A DNA stretch of 57,609 nt, the filler included, from Sphacelaria rigidula (taxonomy: Eukaryota), in NCBI GenBank assembly GCA_964200075.2. It is 3 parts of 3 records of this genome, joined end to end, with 100 filler letters (N's around TTAATTAATTAA, not from the genome) between each part and the next. Parts side by side here need not be neighbours in the genome. Positions count along the whole stretch, not along the records: positions 38,476 to 57,609 come from CAXNAA020000729.1; 2 more parts are not named here. One strand, given 5' to 3'. The notes under the pieces are model-generated. The model did not search any database. It worked only from the letters and a program-made list of their open reading frames with translations, and was not told the DNA's origin. Shown here one piece after another: positions 51,601-57,609 of this stretch; position 1 is the first letter of the stretch, and the number at the start of each line of letters is the position of its first letter. The position numbers and the translations under genes are program-made.

Positions 51601-54600
51601 GAAAGAGCCGGAATCTCAACCGTTTCCGCGTTTATTGTGGCACCTTGTTCCCATCGAAATTACCTACACATATCTCTCGAGGGGCCCTAAGTATCCCCCA
51701 CGTAAACTCACATTGCCATTGATGTCATCAACAGAACTGGGTTTCCCCCTACCACACCATCGAACATGTGCTGAAGCCCCCCGCCTCCCTCCGGTTCGTG
51801 TCGAGCGGTATGTCGTCCACCATGCTCTCGTACGTGACGCCAAGACGAACTTGGTGAACCCTGAACCGTAGCACACCGCGATTTTATCAAAGGTGGTACA
51901 CAAGCAAAGGTGCGGGTTGGGTTGAGATTGCGGTAAACTCAACAGAAACACGGAACAAGGAATGCTACTTGAGTTCGCGACGTGATCAGAAAGTGGAGAG
52001 AAAGCCATTGGAAGATGACCCACGGTACCTCATTTCCAACACCAAGTACATGGTCGGCGCGTGTCAGAATGCTAGAACGCTTGGAGAGTAGCGCAATATG
52101 AAGCGTTACATGTGCTCGGAGCAGCACGGGTTCTTTGTCACACTGCGTTCAGTACCCCCCATCATGTATTACCCACACACCATGAAGTGAAGGGAGGCAC
52201 TATGCCCGTGCTTGTGATGCGCCGGAGAAAGTTTAGTGCCCTGATTGCGATGTTCTTCGGTCTGATCCACCACATCATTGTCCAGTGTTTCTTCCGCCGC
52301 TTCCTCCTCCCCGCCGTTTCTCGCACGAGTGTTGCCTAATTTGACTTGCGATCGTTTTCGACGCACGGCCCTAGGAGCACCAGCAGAGCCCGCTGCGGTC
52401 CTCGGTGATGCAACACCGCCAGGGACCATAGAATATCGTTTTTGCGAACCGTTTCCCTTGATCCCGCTTTTGCCAGTCCTGGTCTCCATCGACTGACAGT
52501 GAATATTCCCTCGCTGATTTCTGCCGGAAGCTGCATCCTCATTGTCTGCCACCAAACCCCACGTTTTTGCGCGCCCGTGGGTATCTTTTCTGTTGCCCCT
52601 ACCACTACCATCTTCGGAAAATGACGTCCTCGCGACTGACGGATTGTTGCCAGTACTGTAGTTTGTACCCTGACTGAGAGCATGGGTCGTTTTTTCTTCG
52701 AATATACGAGGGTCCATATCTCGCAGGGCCGCACACTCCCCATTTGCGGAATTTTTGTCTTGACTTCGTACATCAAACTGATGTGTCAAATCTTTACTTT
52801 CTTCGACCGAACTTTCTCCGTGAGCTTCGTTATCGGGCCCGTGGTTGTCATCGGCGTTATTGTAGCTGTTCGGCGCCTCATTATCTGGAGGATCAGGCTG
52901 GCTTGCACTGCTGAACTCTTCAGTTCCCTCAGTGTAATGTTCTCCGTCAGCTTTGGTATGAGGCGGTTCGTCGTGGACGTTGTCGCAGCTGCTCGATGCC
53001 TCACTATACCGCTGTCCTTCGTAACCTTGTGGATTTCTCTTTGTCACAATTTCACAGAGTTGTCTCACCGTGGGCCGCCGTGAAACACTGCCGTACGTAG
53101 CGCGCGATAGCTCGGACAAATCATCGTTGCACGAATTCTCCAAACAGGCGTCACTAGAGTCGCCCTCTCTTTCAATAGAATCGGATACCAACTCGGGAGC
53201 GTTATTTCCCTCCGCGTCTGTGGGCGGGTGAAACGTGTTCATAGTCGACGATGAAGACGTTGACAAGTAGGGGGCAGGGGTGTGTCATTTTCACTTTCCG
53301 TATCTCGGAGCAACGTTTATCTCTTTCCTCCTGGGATCGGCGTTGTCCTCACTTTTCCAGCCATGGTATTGCACCTGTTCGCTACCAAAACATATCCCAT
53401 CAAACGCAGTGTGTCAAACTATACCTGGGATTCCCATTTTATTCGTCTGTTTATCTTTAGAAATAATTCCTTCCGATGAACAACTCGATGACGATAAACT
53501 ATTGTATTTTTCATTGTCCAGACTTCGTTCAGTTGATGAAATACGCAAGTTTCCAGAAATCTTGCTAGTAGTACACACGACTCGAGCGGGTGATGGAACA
53601 AATAGTCAACTATACACGTAGTGCTTGTAATAGAAGAATAACGCCTTTGCTAACATTGTCAATCGCAACTTTGTGGTGGTATAGTGGTGTTTATCGTACC
53701 AGTAGCGCTTCCCTCCGAATGCGTAGGGCTTGCTTTTGACGAAGAGCCGGAGGAACTTCCGCCGAACGAATTTTGAGGCATGTGTCTCCACCAATTCTGG
53801 AGAGTGACAATAGCACACTCCACCGGGTCATCGCTGTTAAAAACACCGGGCAGACGAAGCAGAGGTGTTACAATCCAGCACACGTCGTGCAATTGAGAGA
53901 TCGATTTACCCAAGTGCCGCTACTACTGCTAGGTTTCGAGCGAGTGGTTACGAGCTCACTACTGCATCACATAATTTGTTCTGAGGAAATTAACCATCTC
54001 GTATAATGGCAGAAATGGTCGGACGAGAGAAAACTATGCACTACATACATGATATGAGACACTTGACGACGAGAACGCCTTCCCGCATATGCGTACAGAC
54101 ATCAACAAGCATATGCCCCAGCGCTGTCAACTTATGTCACACACCTGAGATACCGGGACAGCTGATTTGTACGGTTTTCTAAGTGTTTCAAAGACTCCTG
54201 CCATCACAAGAGAGCACAGTAGGTAGGTACGAGCGGAGGTGAACCCACCAATCTAAAGGTTTGTAGCTCTTTTTGTTGAGAAGGCTCATCCATGCTTCAA
54301 TCACTCGCTGGCCCTTGTTGATATCCCACATTCCCTGCAGTTTCACCACATCTTTTTCTAGAGCTGCTACCCTGCACGCCATGAAATCCAGCCCCTGAGC
54401 TGACTCGTCACCACGGTTTCAGCGCGATGTAGGGAGACATCATCGAAGTCAGCACGGCGGCGAGGTTGGTTCACGGGCTATCAAGATAATATGCTCGACA
54501 GTTTGGCTTTCGCAGCCAAGAAACGGGCATGTTGATATGTGTTTCTGCGAAATCTGAAGGGTTGGACCAAGAGTGGTTCACCTATCTATCCAGTCAGAGG

Positions 54601-56023
54601 CATTTATGATGTCTTTAAAACGGTGTAGAACGTCGACCCGACGCTGTTTGTTCGGTGATTGCGACGTTTGCCACTCATGCCACTCTAGGATGTTGCTCGA
54701 CGCGATATTGACCATCATTCGTTCACCATCACCATAGCGTCACCAAATGCATCGATTTGATCCTGCAGCAGTGTACAGTACAGTGTGTACCATTTGCTGC
54801 GAACTCCGAGTTTCTTCAGCGTGCAAACCTTGGCTACAAGGCCGCAACGCGCTGCACAATAAGTAGACGCACCACCCATATATTGACTAATCCACTTTTC
54901 GAAGGAAATATCACTCTTTCACTGCCCCATACGTTAGGGCATCTGCGTTCACAATAAGATTTACCTCTACGGCGTGTGCGTACGACAATGAAGTTGGATT
55001 CGTTGGAACGATAAAGCGCAGGAGAAGCCAATGAAAAAAACAAGGAAAAACGAAGTTCTTTTTTGCTTCAAAATTCGGGTAAAAAATGGCCCAATTTTGG
55101 CCAATGTAGATTCGGGTGTGCCAAAATCGACCGCTTTTTTCACTTTCGTGCTGGACATGAGTGAAAACGCAACAACGTGGCTTCGGACAAGGAGGAGCTG
55201 GCCTTTGCACGAGAAGTAAGCTAAAATGAAGAGCTGTTGGCTTTTTTGCCATGTTTGCCACGTTCCCTTTTTTTCGCCCCCGGAAAAACGGCGAAATATG
55301 GCCACTTCCGAGTTGACTGATTTTTTTCCGCCTTCGGGCCGCGAGGGGCGGACGAAATCCGTTGGGAAAAGGTCGGTTTTAACACAAAACCCTCGAAGAA
55401 TGCATTACAAGAACATAGGCACAGTTAAGGGTCCGTAGAAACTCAAGCACCTTAACTTATTCGATAGAGGAAACATGGTTCTTCCTGGGGTGGTCTGCCG
55501 TACCTTGCTGCCACTGCTGCTCCTTATTCTCTGAAGGCGGTGGCTGATGGTTTTTTAATGTTTCCTGCGATGGTCCAGGTGCGCCACTCAATATTGAACC
55601 ATCGCCTGCTTCTTCTGTTACTATCATCTCATCCGTTATGTCACCGACATTGGCGAGCGTCATCTCGCCAATATGCTTGGCACCGGCTCCTTTCCCAATC
55701 TCGGCAACTCGAGCAGGGTCGGTTGCTTGCGCACCGGGAGCTGCAGCTACACGCTGTTGTGCTGCACGTGCGGTCTTCAAAGTCAGCGCCAATGCATCCA
55801 GGTCGCACCGCAATGCCGTGATGGACGACTGATGTTTCGCGGCGAGGGAAGCTACAACAGTTTCCAACGCACTAGCTTGCGCGAGATGGGCTGCTCTGAT
55901 GTCTTCGATACCCGGCAGCCAAGACGAAATACTACCATCGGGTCCGCTGTTCACGTCGGTGGAGGAGGACCCGTGATGGCTATCAGCTGAAATATCCACG
56001 GGGTTAACGCCGACGGTAGCCAT
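39667..56023 (-). CDS. Large multi-exon coiled-coil/low-complexity protein with KCLSCNRP motif (possibly DUF4795/QRICH2-like)
   Basis: Supported exons with GT/AG ends: 55504-56023 (ATG), large ORF ~52180-53260, 50997-51147 (QLRSLEAEVENLQQQVE), ~50504-50735, ~49878-50003, ~49466-49610, ~49110-49197, ~48871-48954, 47692-47925, ~46791-46947, 44710-44937, ~43240-43320, 42226-42382, 40300-40661, 39667-39924 (stop). Junctions between 53.2 and 55.5 kb are not resolved, so the 5' part could be a separate gene. Confidence 0.7.
41706..42142. mobile_element. Foldback MITE, full copy with 4-bp TSD
   Basis: AAAG|AACACGGGATCTTAC...GTAAGATCCCGTGTT|AAAG; arms are reverse-complementary almost to the centre (~41920). 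Confidence 0.85.
45405..45967 (+). mobile_element. 5'-truncated, decayed LINE 3' end (C-terminal Cys/His region)
   Basis: HLKIYGTLREGIRMKVYLHGPMDAAEKSKLRFRVGDL...CPC...SRSHRVAEC with stops and frameshifts. It resembles, from memory, the C-terminus of abundant brown-algal non-LTR elements. Antisense within an intron. Confidence 0.65.
46010..46520. repeat. Interspersed repeat, copy 2 (homologous to 7715-8280)
   Basis: Colinear similarity over ~500 bp with the SDR intron 3 repeat. Confidence 0.75.
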
Positions 56024-57127
56024 TGTTACTCAAGTGGATGCGAGTGATACCGTGTGATGCAGTTAGTATTTGATGGGTGTCTCGAACGTTGGTGGCCAGT
56101 CTACATCAAATATGAACTGGTAGGGAGTGTATGATCCTAGCGCTCACCAGGTGGCATGAGCGCTCGATTAGCGCGCGCACAAAATACTCGAAGCCAGCGA
56201 CACGCTATTTGAAGGGCAACGGTCGACACGCCCAGCTCGGAATACTTCACCCATCATTCGCATGTACATATGCTAACTGAAACACCGGCGATGAAATATT
56301 CATGTGCACTGAACCGGCTGGTCCTGTGAGTGCCTAAGGCTTTATGCACGCTGCAGGTCGAAATGCGGAAACGCCGTGCGGAGCGACGTCGAACCGATAC
56401 AAGTTCGGCCGCAATATTTGATCGCTGGTGTGAGCGCGCCACTGCGCGGCGCCGGAAGCCGCCTACAGCATGCACATATAGATGAGCAAACTGCGTGTAT
56501 CATCATGATCCAATGACAGGTGAGTGGTTCACTTGGGTGAACTGGCGCCACGATCGGTTGTCAGTGCAATGTGGGAAGTGAGTGTGACGTGCTTCAAAGC
56601 TGAGTTGACCTGTTATGTTTTCCACGATTACGCTTGTTTCTTCTCGTGTGGTCATACGAGCTGGGCTACCCTAGAAACGGGTTCAAGCTCTCAAAGCGAT
56701 ATTTCATCGATACACACGAGTTGGGCTGTGATCCGCATATCATACCAATCTTTTAATCAAGAGGAAGATGCCCATCTGCTCAAAAGTCTGGGCCAATAGT
56801 ATCTCGTTGAATAAACCCGGTGTCTAGTAATTCCTGTACCGTACGGAGATAGCGTCGATACTGAAACTCCGAATGATACATTCAGCGGATGACGAGTTCT
56901 GGTGTGGGCATTCCCTGGAGCACGGGGAGACGGCAGATACCCTCACCTTCACCTAACCCGTTATCTATCTCAAGATATATAGTAGTCAGCATCAGGAGTT
57001 TTCAGAATTCGTAGGTATCCTTTTTTCTGGGTTTTTCTGGAGTACCGTTCTTCACTACTTCTCGAAAGTGCTAGCGCCGGTAAATGTAGGGGGAAAGCGT
57101 AGGCCGCGCTCAACTACAGTGCTCACG

Positions 57128-57512
57128 TTGGTGTTCTGGGGGCGATGCGGACTTGATACCATGTTTATCAGGAGGGTATTATTGACCGTTTTTGGTCCTA
57201 TATGAGCAGTTTCCCCGCTCTTCCGCGACGAAGCGGTAAATATTCAGATAAATTAATACGTAAAAAATTATTCACAATAACGATCGGGATCGTGTTTCCC
57301 TGCTATACTGCACAGACCTCAGTCTAGCATTTTTTGCGGATGGCGTATTTTCGTTTTTTTTCGCATAACATTCTCCATGAGCACTCGATCGTGCTAGCGT
57401 CGAAAATTTTGGCGAAATAAGCAAACCGTGCACGAATCACAATCGCCCGAGTTGGTGTTGTGGGGGCGATACCTCCGTTTATCAGGAGGGTGTTATTGAC
57501 CGTAAATGGTCC
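57128..57512. repeat. Pair of ~65-75-bp direct repeats
   Basis: GTTGGTGTT.TGGGGGCGAT...TTTATCAGGAGGGT.TTATTGACCGT...TGGTCC at ~57128-57198 and ~57451-57512. Confidence 0.6.
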
Positions 57513-57609
57513 AAGAAACATAGTTCTTCTGCTTTAGCGCAGTGACTAGGTGAACATTTTGAAAAACAATCCTTTTTGAGTCTTTACTTATATGATCCGG
57601 ATCGGGTCG

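Overview
Eukaryotic, intron-rich, transposon-littered scaffold, inferred to be a brown alga (Phaeophyceae) from gene structure and a LINE remnant. It is an assembled scaffold with two 100-bp N/TTAATTAATTAA linkers and two 10-N gaps. I reconstructed three multi-exon genes by hand from splice sites and frame continuity. (1) A 6-exon classical short-chain dehydrogenase/reductase (+, 1575-13535, 258 aa). (2) A 14-exon, ~521-aa predicted secreted protein (-, 37881-23899): signal peptide, acidic pro-region ending in RDL, twelve 6-cysteine modules and a K/R/D/S-rich tail. Ten of the modules are each encoded by their own 105-nt phase-1/phase-1 exon. (3) A large coiled-coil/disordered protein with a CLSCNRP motif (-, 56023-39667). 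Between and within genes lie a decayed Ty3/gypsy element, a LINE 3' end, a tRNA-derived SINE, several MITE/foldback families (one carrying telomere-type repeats and clustered in the Cys-gene introns) and a 43-bp hairpin minisatellite. The most interesting object is the one-exon-one-module cysteine array. It shows exon-restricted homogenisation and a variable RGD/RGE/RGN/VGD/VGN loop. No database searches were run; family names come from motif recognition only.
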